Shown here in pieces: positions 1-9,005 of a stretch of 44,065 nt of DNA. The position numbers were made by a program, and so were the translations under genes. The DNA is from a virus (taxonomy: Duplodnaviria; Caudoviricetes). The notes below the pieces were generated by a model. The model ran no database searches. It saw nothing but the letters and a program-made list of their open reading frames with translations, and had not been told where the DNA came from. The number at the start of each line of letters is the position of its first letter. Positions within the stretch are counted from its first letter, which is position 1. The DNA lies in the IMG/VR virus record IMGVR_UViG_3300049192_000027, positions 1 to 44,065 of that record, one strand, 5' to 3'.

Positions 1-193
1 GTAAGGCACCGGCAGCACGGTCGAGCATGGCCGCCTGAATTTCGTCCGGAGAGTCGCGCAGCAGGCAGTCCAAGACATGATTAATCGCTGCCAGGGCCTG
101 CTGGCGGTCGGGCGTCACGCAGCCACATTCCGGGAACGCCTCGCATCGGTAGGTGCAGGCCGGCGTGGGCTTGGCTTGAAATTCGGTGGTCAT
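1..193 (-). CDS. hypothetical phage protein, truncated by window edge (MTTEFQAKPTPACTYRCEAFPECGC...)
   Basis: ATG at 193 overlaps the stop of the 190..522 gene (ATGA coupling); frame open to position 1; not in ORF track. Confidence 0.6.
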   Translation of the reverse strand, partial: MTTEFQAKPTPACTYRCEAFPECGCVTPDRQQALAAINHVLDCLLRDSPDEIQAAMLDRAAGAL

Positions 194-522
194 GCTTGAG
201 CTCCTGTGACCTTGTTGATTGCGGCACGGGCCAACTTGAAGGACTCAACCAGCTGGTTTTGCGCGTGTGCAACATCGCTTTCGTCTGGGCCGTCGTTCAG
301 GATTGAGATGCCATCCATGAACTTCTGACAGGCGGCAAACAGCTCTGGCGCGGCAGCGATCAGGCTGGCATTGGCGAGTGAACGCAGCCCCCAGCCGCCG
401 ACCAAAAGCTCGTTGTCGCCAAGGACCACCGTGTAGCCGGTGCGCGTGTCGCCATTCCCGACGCGCCAAGGACCGGGCGTGTGCGTCTGTGCAGGCTGGG
501 GGATTGGTTTTTCGGTGGTCAT
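190..522 (-). CDS. conserved phage hypothetical protein (HTPGPW...ANAxLIAAAPEL family)
   Basis: HTPGPW and ANASLIAAAPELF motifs typical of a common phage small-protein family; ATGA coupling both sides. Confidence 0.8.
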   Translation of the reverse strand: MTTEKPIPQPAQTHTPGPWRVGNGDTRTGYTVVLGDNELLVGGWGLRSLANASLIAAAPELFAACQKFMDGISILNDGPDESDVAHAQNQLVESFKLARAAINKVTGAQA

Positions 523-917
523 GCTGCAGCCCTCTTTGATGCGATGAACGGCGTCTCGTCCAGTCGGCGGACGTCCTTCAGCAGCCGGGCGTTGAGATAG
601 CCCTGGCTGTCCTGGACCCGGACGAAGAGACGCACGAGCGCTGAGTCGCCCTTCAGGTCACCCCAGGCGTAGAAGCCGACGACGGAGTGTTCTACCCACG
701 AGTCCTGACTCGCCAGGTGGATCAGCACGGTCTCGCCGAGTTTGGGCATCAGGTCGCGCTCAACCGATGGCAATTTGGCGTCGAACCCCTTCGAGCGCAT
801 GTCTTCGAGCTGCCAGACCATCACGCCGCGGTTGGCGAAGTAGTCACAGACGTTCCTGGCTGCCTTGCGGATTGCTTCAGGCACGCCGGACTCGACAGAG
901 GTGATCCGGTCGTTCAT
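519..917 (-). CDS. hypothetical phage protein
   Basis: ORF in coupled minus-strand operon; start taken at MNDRI (ATGA overlap with 914 stop). Confidence 0.7.
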   Translation of the reverse strand: MNDRITSVESGVPEAIRKAARNVCDYFANRGVMVWQLEDMRSKGFDAKLPSVERDLMPKLGETVLIHLASQDSWVEHSVVGFYAWGDLKGDSALVRLFVRVQDSQGYLNARLLKDVRRLDETPFIASKRAAA

Positions 918-1285
918 GACCGGTCCCGGGGGTAGCAGATCCAAGTCACCGTCGTGACGCGGAAGCCGTCATCGCCGCGACCGTCAATAGCAGCGTCGTC
1001 GCTTAGGATCGTTTCGCCGGTGTTGAAGTCGACGATCTGATCCGGGAGTTGAGTGGCGGCGAAGGCGAGCAGCTCGGCGTCACTCGCGGCGCTCCAGTCC
1101 TTGCCCGGCGGCAGGAAGTCGACACAGTCCGACTTCACGTTGATCCGCCACATGTCGTCCGGTTCCGGCGTGATGGAGAACCAGCACTCGTTGTCGATGA
1201 GGTTGTGGATCGCAGCGCACAGCGCTTGCTCGCCGTGGACACGGCGGTAATGAGTGTCGATTTCGCGGCGTTGTTGGTCAGTCAT
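914..1285 (-). CDS. hypothetical phage protein
   Basis: AGAGGA RBS before ATG 1285; overlaps integrase stop. Confidence 0.7.
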   Translation of the reverse strand: MTDQQRREIDTHYRRVHGEQALCAAIHNLIDNECWFSITPEPDDMWRINVKSDCVDFLPPGKDWSAASDAELLAFAATQLPDQIVDFNTGETILSDDAAIDGRGDDGFRVTTVTWICYPRDRS

Positions 1286-2300
1286 GAGAAGTCCTCTTGG
1301 TGTTGTTGGCAAACGAGGCCAAGTGGCCAGGGGAGTGATGGGCGTAGCGCATCACCATGCGGAGGTCAGCCCAGCCGCCCAGCTTCTGCAGGACGTCGAG
1401 CGGCGTGCCGTTCTGGACGTGCCAGGTGGCCCACGTGTGGCGGAAGCCATGCCAGGTGAACCCGTCGTAGTACAGCTCACCATTCGGCCGCTTTGCAATC
1501 CGGCCGAGCCCCGCACGGATGCACGCAGCTTTGAAAGCGGTCTTCGTGTCACCGAGCGGCTTGCCGCGATGCACGAAGACATACGTCTTGTGCTTCCCGA
1601 CCAGAGCCTGGAGGATCTCGACAGCCTTGTTGCTGAGCGGCACCGCGAGCGCTCTGCCGGCCTTGGTGTCTTCGGCCTCAACCCATGCCACGCGGCGTTT
1701 GAGATCGACTTGCTTCCACTGCAGGCCCAGCGTGTTAGCTTTGCGCAAGCCCACCTCAATACTGAAGGCGGCCGGCGCGCGCTGGTGCTCGGGCAGCTCA
1801 AGGTAGAGCTTGTCCCATTGCTCGTGAGTGAGCCAGTCGCGTGTCTTGGCCACCTTGCTCTCGCGTTGCTTGAGTTTGGGCGCCTCCTTCAACCAGCCGT
1901 TATCCACGGCTAGGTTCAGGATCGCTGCGATCAGCGTGCGGTAGCGCGTGTACGTGCCGTCGGTCCTGCAGAAGCTCAGCGCCTCATGCACGGTGTCGCG
2001 CGTGATGGTGCTGAGCCCGCAGTCTGGAAAATACCGGGCGAACTTCTTCAGGCTCAACAGATCCGACGCGCTCCGCGGCCGAGCCTTAGCCCACTCTAGA
2101 ACTGCCTCTCCCCAGCTGTGTTCGTTCAGCACTGGAACGTGCTGAAGAAGCTTCAGGAGGATGTCGTTGCGGACCGCTTCGGCCTTCTTGTAATCAGATT
2201 GTCCAGTTGAGCGACGTACCCGATGCCCAGCGTGATGGATGTCGACGTACCAGACGCCGCCGGGTTCGCGCTGGTAGAGCCCTTGCTTCTTTGCAGGCAT
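1278..2300 (-). CDS. int: tyrosine recombinase/integrase
   Basis: Catalytic set GLRKAN (R), TKAG (K), HGFRH (HxxR), LGGW (W for H), RYAH (Y); N-terminal arm-binding-like strands (WYVDI...RVRRSTG); start taken at MPAKK. Confidence 0.92.
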   Translation of the reverse strand: MPAKKQGLYQREPGGVWYVDIHHAGHRVRRSTGQSDYKKAEAVRNDILLKLLQHVPVLNEHSWGEAVLEWAKARPRSASDLLSLKKFARYFPDCGLSTITRDTVHEALSFCRTDGTYTRYRTLIAAILNLAVDNGWLKEAPKLKQRESKVAKTRDWLTHEQWDKLYLELPEHQRAPAAFSIEVGLRKANTLGLQWKQVDLKRRVAWVEAEDTKAGRALAVPLSNKAVEILQALVGKHKTYVFVHRGKPLGDTKTAFKAACIRAGLGRIAKRPNGELYYDGFTWHGFRHTWATWHVQNGTPLDVLQKLGGWADLRMVMRYAHHSPGHLASFANNTKRTSHD

Positions 2301-2494
2301 GGCAATGTGACCTTGGGCGCGTACTTCGCGCGGATGTGACTGAGGAGGTCCGCTTCGATGAAGACCCACTTGCGGCCGCACTTGGCCCCCGGGACTTCGC
2401 CGGAGGCGGCTTGTTTCTTGAGCGTCTCAGGGTGGATGCCTAACAGCTTGGCTGCAGGCACCACGTCGAGAGTGATGGGTCTGGCATCAGCCAA
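2153..2494 (-). CDS. excisionase-like helix-turn-helix protein
   Basis: LDVVPAAKLLGIHPETLKKQAASGEVPGAKCGRKWVF is an excisionase-type HTH; directly upstream of and overlapping int. Confidence 0.8.
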   Translation of the reverse strand: MADARPITLDVVPAAKLLGIHPETLKKQAASGEVPGAKCGRKWVFIEADLLSHIRAKYAPKVTLPCLQRSKGSTSANPAASGTSTSITLGIGYVAQLDNLITRRPKRSATTSS

Positions 2495-2981
2495 AGTTCA
2501 GCTCCAGGTTCATGGCCTTGGTCATGTTCCGTGGTGTCCTTGGCTCTTCCACAGGACGCTTCCACTCCGGCATCTCGGCCAGTTCTTCGAGCGTGTAGAA
2601 GCGATTGGGGTCGACGCGCCGACCACGCATCAGGGCCACCTTGACCTTGATGAACTTGCCGTGGGCGTCGCGGCCCTCGAACCAATCGGTGTCGCAGTCG
2701 ACGCCGAGCGCCCGGAGGTGCCGGCACGTCATTGGCGTCGGGTAGCCAGCAAAGCTGAACTCCAGCGAACGTCGATGCGGCAATCCCTTCAGGGCGTTGG
2801 TGATCTCGTGCAGTTCATGCTCGGGCCACACACGCGAGGCGATTGTCAGACCGCTCAGCTTGTAGCTATGGCCGTCCGTCCCGCAGTTCGTGCGCTGGTG
2901 CGGCCGGCCGGCATAGAACGCCTCCGCGACCGCCTTCGGTGAGCGGCCGGGAGCGCGACCCCAGGAGTCGCCCCAGGCCAT
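2487..2981 (-). CDS. hypothetical phage protein
   Basis: 164-aa ORF, TGATG coupling to upstream gene. Confidence 0.75.
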   Translation of the reverse strand: MAWGDSWGRAPGRSPKAVAEAFYAGRPHQRTNCGTDGHSYKLSGLTIASRVWPEHELHEITNALKGLPHRRSLEFSFAGYPTPMTCRHLRALGVDCDTDWFEGRDAHGKFIKVKVALMRGRRVDPNRFYTLEELAEMPEWKRPVEEPRTPRNMTKAMNLELNFG

Positions 2982-3232
2982 CAGCTGACCTCTTCCTTCA
3001 AGCCGCCACGCGGGGTGACGCTGAAGGTGCGGGAGATCGTGATGATCGGGCTGCCGTTGAGCATCGCCACGACGCCGGCCTTGTCGGTCTGCACGTTGGC
3101 TTCGTGGACGGCATGCTGCTTACGCAGAGCCGTCGGCACCGCGCGCGCCAGCGCCTTGATGTCGCTCAGGCCGCCGGCAAATTTGGGTTCGTCGTCGAGG
3201 TCTTCGGGATTCGTCAGTTGGTAGATCTTCAC
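2981..3232 (-). CDS. hypothetical phage protein
   Basis: AAGGAG RBS and GTG at 3232 (MKIYQLTNPED...). Confidence 0.7.
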   Translation of the reverse strand: MKIYQLTNPEDLDDEPKFAGGLSDIKALARAVPTALRKQHAVHEANVQTDKAGVVAMLNGSPIITISRTFSVTPRGGLKEEVS

Positions 3233-3411
3233 AGTGCGTTCTCCTTGGGCTTCTTGCGTTCGGCCGAATGCAGGACGCACCAGGCCTTGCAGTCGTCCGA
3301 CCACAGGCCGGGTTCGTGCTTGTTGTCCGCCTTGATCAGCATCACGCGCTGGTTCGGGCGGGGCTTCGGGTCACCCAGTGACGGGTAGCGGAATTGAGCG
3401 GGCGTAGTCAA
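3229..3411 (-). CDS. small hypothetical protein
   Basis: 60-aa ORF with 4-bp overlaps at both ends. Confidence 0.6.
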   Translation of the reverse strand: MTTPAQFRYPSLGDPKPRPNQRVMLIKADNKHEPGLWSDDCKAWCVLHSAERKKPKENAL

Positions 3412-3671
3412 AACGGGCAGTCCTTTGCAGGCTTGGTGGAGGCGTCCCAGGTCGCGTTGATAAACGCGTCTTGGTCGCGCGACCGAATGGCCAAGTGGAT
3501 GTCGCGTGTGGCCGAGTGGTCACAAGCCCCGCCACCACGACGGTGGGGGAACCAGTAGCCGCCGCATTCACATTTCAGGCGGCGGTTGCGCGCCCAGCGG
3601 GTGCTTCCCATCGTTCTTCCTCGCGAAGCGACGCACTTCCTGCATCGCGTTGGTGATCCGATGCGACTCAT
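3408..3671 (-). CDS. small Cys/His-rich putative zinc-binding protein
   Basis: CRKC...CECGGYWFPHRRGGGAC; start uncertain (overlaps upstream gene). Confidence 0.6.
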   Translation of the reverse strand: MSRIGSPTRCRKCVASRGRTMGSTRWARNRRLKCECGGYWFPHRRGGGACDHSATRDIHLAIRSRDQDAFINATWDASTKPAKDCPF

Positions 3672-3825
3672 CCCTCGGGCTTGACGCCATCGAGAGCTGC
3701 TGAACCGCGCCGTCCGGGTGGGTGATGACTACCTTCGGGTGACTGACGCTCGTGTCAACGACACAGCTGCATCCGATGACTTCGAGCTGACGCTTCAGCT
3801 CCCGCAGCATCTTGAGCGTGCTCAT
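3568..3825 (-). CDS. HicA-like (dsRBD-fold) protein
   Basis: RELKRQLEVIG...SHPKVVITHPDG...SSPRD resembles HicA mRNA interferases (GSH appears as VSH). Confidence 0.55.
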   Translation of the reverse strand: MSTLKMLRELKRQLEVIGCSCVVDTSVSHPKVVITHPDGAVQQLSMASSPRDESHRITNAMQEVRRFARKNDGKHPLGAQPPPEM

Positions 3826-4697
3826 AGATCTAGCTTAGAACGCGGACCGATGTAAACCGGATGCCGGGGCTTGTCCTTGACCCCGACGGGGAAGAACTTG
3901 TACTTGTGGACCGAACCGATCTTCCAAGGCTGTGCGCGCTGCGCCGCCGTGAAGCCGGTGCCGATCTTGAACGAGACACCGGAGTAGATGTCGCGCACAC
4001 ACAGCGCGCCCATCGTGCCCTTACCGACCAGGCCGGCTTTGGCCGTGCTGCGTTTGGTCCGTCCCAGTTCGTTGGTCTCGGCCGCGTTCGTGTTGTGCAT
4101 CTCTTCTTCGATGCTCACGATCTGGCACTCGCTGTCATGGAAGCGTTTGAGTTTCCAGAGGTAGCCTTCGGCCAGCGTTGCGCGGTTGAACTTGTAGAGC
4201 CCGTCGAGACTGCGACCTATGCCGCCTTCGTAGCCGGCGTCGACGGCTGCCTGCTCAGCGACTTCGAGTTGATCGGCTGATTCGATCAGCTGTTGCGGCA
4301 AGAGCCGCGCGCGTTCGGCGGGGTTCCAGTCCTCGCTTCGCAGGGCCTGGTAGCGCTGCTTGAACTGCAGGTCTGGTCGATCGAACGGCACTCTGTCGAA
4401 CACCCAGAACGTGAAGTCCGGCTGACCGTTATGGGACATGACGCCGCTATTGGAGACGCGGTAGCAGTCCGGCGCCGTAGGTGAGCCGACGATCAGCTCA
4501 CCGTCCATGCCTTCGAACTTCCGGTTGCTGAGCAGCGACCGGATGTACTTGTTGGGGACGGGCTTCTTCGTGCGAGTGATCAGCTGGCCTCCGACGACGG
4601 TGGCGCGGATGCCGTCCAGCTTCGGAGAGAAATAGATCGGGAGGACGATGGGGGAGGGCGCCGTCTTGGCCGCCAACATCGGCTTGAAGTCCTTCAT
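3822..4697 (-). CDS. lig: ATP-dependent DNA ligase
   Basis: Motif I KLDGIR, III DGEL, IIIa FWVFD, IV YEGG, V WKLK; OB-fold GTGF and PRHP. Confidence 0.95.
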   Translation of the reverse strand: MKDFKPMLAAKTAPSPIVLPIYFSPKLDGIRATVVGGQLITRTKKPVPNKYIRSLLSNRKFEGMDGELIVGSPTAPDCYRVSNSGVMSHNGQPDFTFWVFDRVPFDRPDLQFKQRYQALRSEDWNPAERARLLPQQLIESADQLEVAEQAAVDAGYEGGIGRSLDGLYKFNRATLAEGYLWKLKRFHDSECQIVSIEEEMHNTNAAETNELGRTKRSTAKAGLVGKGTMGALCVRDIYSGVSFKIGTGFTAAQRAQPWKIGSVHKYKFFPVGVKDKPRHPVYIGPRSKLDL

Positions 4698-4924
4698 CGT
4701 GCTTTCCTTTTCGCTGCTGGTGCAGCGCGGCTCTGGAACACCGCCTGCAAAGCCTGTTGATGGAGGCGGGAGTTACTTCTCGCCAGAGCCAGCACATGCG
4801 CGCGGGCTGCAACATCGGCCATCGTCACGCCGCGGATCTCCCATAGCGGCTTAGTGGTGCCGTTCTCGAACATCGTGCCGAGTGCCCACCCTTCGCTCTT
4901 CGCGGCCGTATTAATGTCGTCCAT
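4694..4924 (-). CDS. hypothetical phage protein
   Basis: 76-aa ORF coupled to ligase by ATGA; ATG abuts the palindromic motif. Confidence 0.7.
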   Translation of the reverse strand: MDDINTAAKSEGWALGTMFENGTTKPLWEIRGVTMADVAARAHVLALARSNSRLHQQALQAVFQSRAAPAAKRKAR

Positions 4925-4973
4925 AGATCTAGCTTAGACGGTTGGGCGGAGCTGTCCAGAGGATAGCTGCAGC

Positions 4974-5375
4974 TCAGCGTTGTTTGATGGTGATCGTCAG
5001 GTTCGCCGTCGTGATCACAACGGACCGCCCTTCTTCGGTGATCTCAAGCGAGGGCCTGCTTAGAATCTTGTTCACCTTGCCGGAGGTGAACTCCGCGGTA
5101 TTCCGTATCTCGTCGAGGGTGGGCTTCGCTAGAACGCGGCCCTTCCAGGCGTACAGCCAACGGGCACGTGTGCCCTCCAGGCGCGGCGCTGGAACGCGAG
5201 CCACGTCACCCTTACGCCACATATTGCCCAAATAATCCGACACGCGGTTCACGGTCGATGCGTGCTTCTTCACTTCGGGCATATCGAAGAGAGTTGCGCA
5301 GTCCAGCGCCTCGTCCGAATTCTTAAGCGCTTCTTCGAGAGCGCCGTACAGCCCGTCCTTGTGGCTTCCGTTCAT
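4974..5375 (-). CDS. putative winged-helix DNA-binding protein
   Basis: GGAG RBS before ATG 5375; pattern ALDCATLF...VNRVSDYLGNMWRKGDVARV...RWLYAW suggests a wHTH. Confidence 0.6.
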   Translation of the reverse strand: MNGSHKDGLYGALEEALKNSDEALDCATLFDMPEVKKHASTVNRVSDYLGNMWRKGDVARVPAPRLEGTRARWLYAWKGRVLAKPTLDEIRNTAEFTSGKVNKILSRPSLEITEEGRSVVITTANLTITIKQR

Positions 5376-5473
5376 CTCAGGGTCTCCGGTGAGCCGCCGT
5401 AAAAAGTTTGGCGGCAAAGTAAAAACGATCTCCTCACATCTTTCGATGTGTGTCGGATCTATTTTCGTCGACC

Positions 5474-5623
5474 TCAGTACGGCAAGCGACGACGGCGGCG
5501 AGGTACCTCATGTCCCTGACGCCGACGACGTCGGGCCAGGTAGCTCAGAAGAGTTATCGTCGACGCGATGCGGTACACCGCGGTGACGACGCGAGCTGTG
5601 GTGAACAGTGGTTGAAAGTTCAC
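5474..5623 (-). CDS. 49-aa protein with hydrophobic helix and Arg-rich tail (not in ORF track)
   Basis: GTG overlapping the VRR-NUC stop, GGAG RBS; MNFQPLFTTARVVTAVYRIASTITLLSYLARRRRRQGHEVPRRRRRLPY. Confidence 0.55.
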   Translation of the reverse strand: MNFQPLFTTARVVTAVYRIASTITLLSYLARRRRRQGHEVPRRRRRLPY

Positions 5624-6036
5624 GGAGACTCCAAGAAGTATCGCAGTGCGGTCGCCAGCTCAGCACGAGTCTGTAGGGCGGATTGGAAATTCGCCACAGT
5701 GCGTGGTTGCATCCAGTCCTTATCTTTCAGCAAGACGCCACCAGCCTTACAGCCGACGATGACCCACACGTTGCGGCCTTCGGCGTAGCGTTCGTTGAGC
5801 CAGTCCTGCTGAAGCACAGACAGTGCCGGATCTTTGCCGGCAGTGAGGTCGATGACCGTCGTCGGTCTCTTCGGGACCGCCAAGAACTTGTACTCAACCC
5901 AGAGGTCGCGTTTGCTGCCGCTGTACCAGACGTCAGCTGGCCCCGAGATATACGGGTTGTGCGTCTTCATGCGGTAAAGGTCGGGCGGCAGGTGCCGGTG
6001 CACGCTCGCCATGAACGTGTTCTCTGGGCCGCTCAT
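5620..6036 (-). CDS. VRR-NUC domain nuclease (Holliday junction resolvase-like)
   Basis: E...GPADVW...WVEYK...LSVLQQDWL PD-(D/E)XK pattern. Confidence 0.8.
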   Translation of the reverse strand: MSGPENTFMASVHRHLPPDLYRMKTHNPYISGPADVWYSGSKRDLWVEYKFLAVPKRPTTVIDLTAGKDPALSVLQQDWLNERYAEGRNVWVIVGCKAGGVLLKDKDWMQPRTVANFQSALQTRAELATALRYFLESP

Positions 6037-6356
6037 CAGAGCACCGTGCCTTGCAGCCGTTTGTCGACCAGTTGGGCATAGCCGGCGATGTCGTGCCAGC
6101 TATCGGAATAGTTCGGGTCGCCGTTCACGATGCGGCCGATCTTGTGGCAGATCATGTCGAGAGCTTCCTGCTGATCTGCAGCCAGCGACTTGCCGCGGCG
6201 CCCCAGCTCACTGGCGATGACGTTCTTGAGCCTTTGGGTCACCTCGGCATGGTCGACAAAATTGCCGTAACGATTGCCGCGCTCGACGAGCGTGTCGGTG
6301 ACGTTGTTCGGCAGCGCCACCTTGGGCGGTGGGACGGGGTAATGGAGTTCAGCCAT
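6036..6356 (-). CDS. DUF6378-like helical protein
   Basis: ERGNRYGNF...KIGRIVNGDPNYSDSWHDIAGYA motif. Confidence 0.75.
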   Translation of the reverse strand: MAELHYPVPPPKVALPNNVTDTLVERGNRYGNFVDHAEVTQRLKNVIASELGRRGKSLAADQQEALDMICHKIGRIVNGDPNYSDSWHDIAGYAQLVDKRLQGTVL

Positions 6357-6927
6357 GTGCCTTCACCATGGAAGATTTCGCTGGCTTGGCGGTATGCGCG
6401 CCGCCGAACAGCGCTTGGTAGATGTTGATGATGTGCTGGGCCTGCGCATAGGCATCGTGCATGCCGTGATGAGCGACGGCTGGCGTCACCTTGGGGATCG
6501 CCTTGGCGCCGGGGAGCGAGCGGTAGGTGCGGACGCAACGCTCGTTGTAGAACTCCCAGGGATGGTCCCAGCCGCACTGTTTGTAAGCGTGGGCGATCTT
6601 GCCAAGGTCGAAGGCAGGGCCGTTGCCCCAGACGTTGTGCTTCGAATGGCCGAGCCATTCGGTGAATTGTTCTAGGGCCTCGCGGAGGTGGATCTTCTCT
6701 TCCTTGAACACGGCCTGCGCCTCGGCGGCCTGTTCCATCCACCAAATGACGGTGCTTTCACTGATGCTGCGTCCGAGCTCCAGGTTCGAGTCGATGGAAA
6801 CGCTGGCGTAGAACGCCGAGTCTTCGATTACTCCTTTGGCCAGGTCAAACTTGACCGCGCCGATAGACATGATCACCGCATCGGCACCAAGGCCGAACGT
6901 CTCCAAGTCGATCATCACCTCGCTCAT
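6349..6927 (-). CDS. DEDDh 3'-5' exonuclease (DUF5051/ExoVIII-like)
   Basis: MIDLET, WGNGPAFD, HHGMHDA motifs; GAGGA RBS before ATG 6927. Confidence 0.88.
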   Translation of the reverse strand: MSEVMIDLETFGLGADAVIMSIGAVKFDLAKGVIEDSAFYASVSIDSNLELGRSISESTVIWWMEQAAEAQAVFKEEKIHLREALEQFTEWLGHSKHNVWGNGPAFDLGKIAHAYKQCGWDHPWEFYNERCVRTYRSLPGAKAIPKVTPAVAHHGMHDAYAQAQHIINIYQALFGGAHTAKPAKSSMVKAHG

Positions 6928-7012
6928 ATGTTCCTCTTCCTTTGTTGTCTCTTTGCCTGCGCCCAAAACGACGGCCGCTCCACGTCTAACGCAGAACGGC
7001 CGTAGACCGATA

Positions 7013-7417
7013 CTAGACCGAGGCGCTGACCTTGGTCTTGCGGCCGGCACTCTTCACGTCTTGGGGTTGTTCCGCTTGCGCCGCCGAGGTGGGGGTCAGG
7101 GCCTCGTCGATCTGGGCCAGCTTGGCGGTGTGCGCATCCACCTGCTTCTGCAGGTTGGCGGCTTCCTTGCCGGCGGCCTTGGTCGCGGCGTCGAAGACCT
7201 TGTCCGCGACTTTCACCGCGGCGGCGTGCTGCTTCTGTGCGGCGCCGAGGGTCTTGCCGGCCTCGGCAACGGACGCGCCGTGTGCCTTCTCAGCGGCCTT
7301 GACGTTGGCGCCGTTCAGCTTGACCGAACCGCTGAGAGCCTTGAGGCTTGCGGCCAGTTCCTTGCGTTGCGCCTTCAGTTCGGCCGGGGTCAGGTTCTTG
7401 GTGGAAAAACGGGGCAT
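7013..7417 (-). CDS. Ala/Lys-rich coiled-coil protein
   Basis: AAGGAG RBS; low-complexity basic helical sequence. Confidence 0.7.
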   Translation of the reverse strand: MPRFSTKNLTPAELKAQRKELAASLKALSGSVKLNGANVKAAEKAHGASVAEAGKTLGAAQKQHAAAVKVADKVFDAATKAAGKEAANLQKQVDAHTAKLAQIDEALTPTSAAQAEQPQDVKSAGRKTKVSASV

Positions 7418-7628
7418 GGAATTGCTCCTTGAGTGCAGTTGCGTATGAGAGCTCGTTGATTCGAACTGCTCGGGAAATGAGCCGGTTGATCACCGACCCT
7501 CGTCGTGAGCTGGCCGCCTCCAGACGGAGGCAGGCCAGCACTTCTTCCTCTGTCAGGTCGTTCAGCAGCTCGTTCAGACGCGCGACGGATGAGAGTGCTT
7601 GCGAGACGTGCCACTGACGGACTGACAT
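7290..7628 (-). CDS. hypothetical phage protein
   Basis: Helical N-terminal ~70 aa fill the 7417-7628 gap; tail overlaps next gene. Confidence 0.6.
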   Translation of the reverse strand: MSVRQWHVSQALSSVARLNELLNDLTEEEVLACLRLEAASSRRGSVINRLISRAVRINELSYATALKEQFHAPFFHQEPDPGRTEGATQGTGRKPQGSQRFGQAERRQRQGR

Positions 7629-7647
7629 GGGAATCTTTCAGCGCCGT

Positions 7648-8454
7648 TCAGCGGCGCACGGGTTTGGCAGCAGCGCGGCCCTTGGTGTTCGGGGCCTGCC
7701 AGCCCGACACGTCGGGCTCGACATTCAACATCTCGCGGGCTTCGCCTTGTCGGGCGAAGCTGAGCTCCAAGTTGTTGTTGGGCTGCGGGTCGCTGAAGAC
7801 CAGCTTCGGGTAGTCCACGTTCGGGTCCAGGGAGACCGTGGTGATGACGCCAACCGGCGGCATCTGGAACTGACGTGCAACGCTGTTGACGTAGCCGTCG
7901 AAGTTCTTCAGCGCCGTCGGGCTGACTTCCAACAGCCACATGTCGGTCTTGTCGTCCGCGTCCGGCGGCAGCACGGCCAGCAAGCGGCCGTTCTTGCACG
8001 CCTTGCCCTCGCCCGACGAGCCGAACTCGTTCATGGGGCAGCCCTGGCAGGACTCGCTCTGCAGGTTGGGCGAGTTGGCGCTAGGCGTCATCTGCTTGGG
8101 GTTCACGCCGATCGCGAAGCAACCGGGCGGCACGATGTTCTTCGAGTCGTATTTGCCCTCGTAGAACTTGTGCACCGTCACGAAGTCGACGACGACCAGC
8201 TGCAGCTCGCCTTGGGCTTCCGTGCCATCCGGCAGCGAGAACTTGCCCGGGGACAGCTTGATCTTGTTGCCGCCGGCCGGCTGGGTGCGCTCGCTCATGC
8301 CGGCGACCTGGGCCTTCAAGGCCTCCTGGATCGACACGATCGCGCCGCCGGTGGGCTTGCGCACGGCGATGGCGGTCTTGGCTTCGACGGTCGCCTTCAA
8401 GGGCTTCGCGGCGGTCTTGGCCGCGGGGGCAGCGGCGGGTTTCTTCGTGGCCAT
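7648..8454 (-). CDS. putative ssDNA-binding/annealing protein
   Basis: C...QSESCQGCPMNEFGS...GKACKN motif typical of phage replication modules; AAGGAG RBS. Confidence 0.6.
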   Translation of the reverse strand: MATKKPAAAPAAKTAAKPLKATVEAKTAIAVRKPTGGAIVSIQEALKAQVAGMSERTQPAGGNKIKLSPGKFSLPDGTEAQGELQLVVVDFVTVHKFYEGKYDSKNIVPPGCFAIGVNPKQMTPSANSPNLQSESCQGCPMNEFGSSGEGKACKNGRLLAVLPPDADDKTDMWLLEVSPTALKNFDGYVNSVARQFQMPPVGVITTVSLDPNVDYPKLVFSDPQPNNNLELSFARQGEAREMLNVEPDVSGWQAPNTKGRAAAKPVRR

Positions 8455-8490
8455 GAAGGCTCCTTCGTTGTGGTTGCGATCTAAGTTAGA

Positions 8491-8937
8491 TCAGGTGCTC
8501 AAGACGCGCAGGTTGAGCTTGCGTTTCTCGAACGGGGTGATGCCGGGCACGGCGCCCCTGCGTTCCATGAGTTCACGGAACGCAGGGTCAGAGATGCGGC
8601 GTTGAAACAGCTGGAAGTTGCCGGTCTTCTTGACGAAGGCTTCGACCTTGGCCCAGTCCTCGACGTTGGCCACGACGCCCATCGTGATCGAGGCGCTGGC
8701 TTTCTTGCCGGCCGCTTTGTCAGTGGCCTCGGCCTTCATGCGTTCGAGGAGCAGCTCCTCGTCTTCCTTGAGCTCGGCTTCCAACTTGGCGATATCACCG
8801 TCGAGCTTCCGCTTCTTCTCGCGGGTGTCGAACATGCGGTCGATGATCTCGCCGAGCTTGGGCGGCGCCAGGGCCGCGGTGACTTGCTTGACGGCCTTGG
8901 CCGCGGCGCGAGAACGGGTAGCGGTAGCAGTGGACAT
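8491..8937 (-). CDS. coiled-coil replication-module protein (Gam/Gp157-like)
   Basis: Coiled coil then VEDWAKVEAFV...FQRRIS...VPGI; AAGGAG RBS. Confidence 0.6.
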   Translation of the reverse strand: MSTATATRSRAAAKAVKQVTAALAPPKLGEIIDRMFDTREKKRKLDGDIAKLEAELKEDEELLLERMKAEATDKAAGKKASASITMGVVANVEDWAKVEAFVKKTGNFQLFQRRISDPAFRELMERRGAVPGITPFEKRKLNLRVLST

Positions 8938-9005
8938 TGCGTGCTCCTTTGTTAGACGGAGTGTAGATCGAAATTAGATGAGAGGGCGAAGAAAGTTCAA
9001 CGCAC

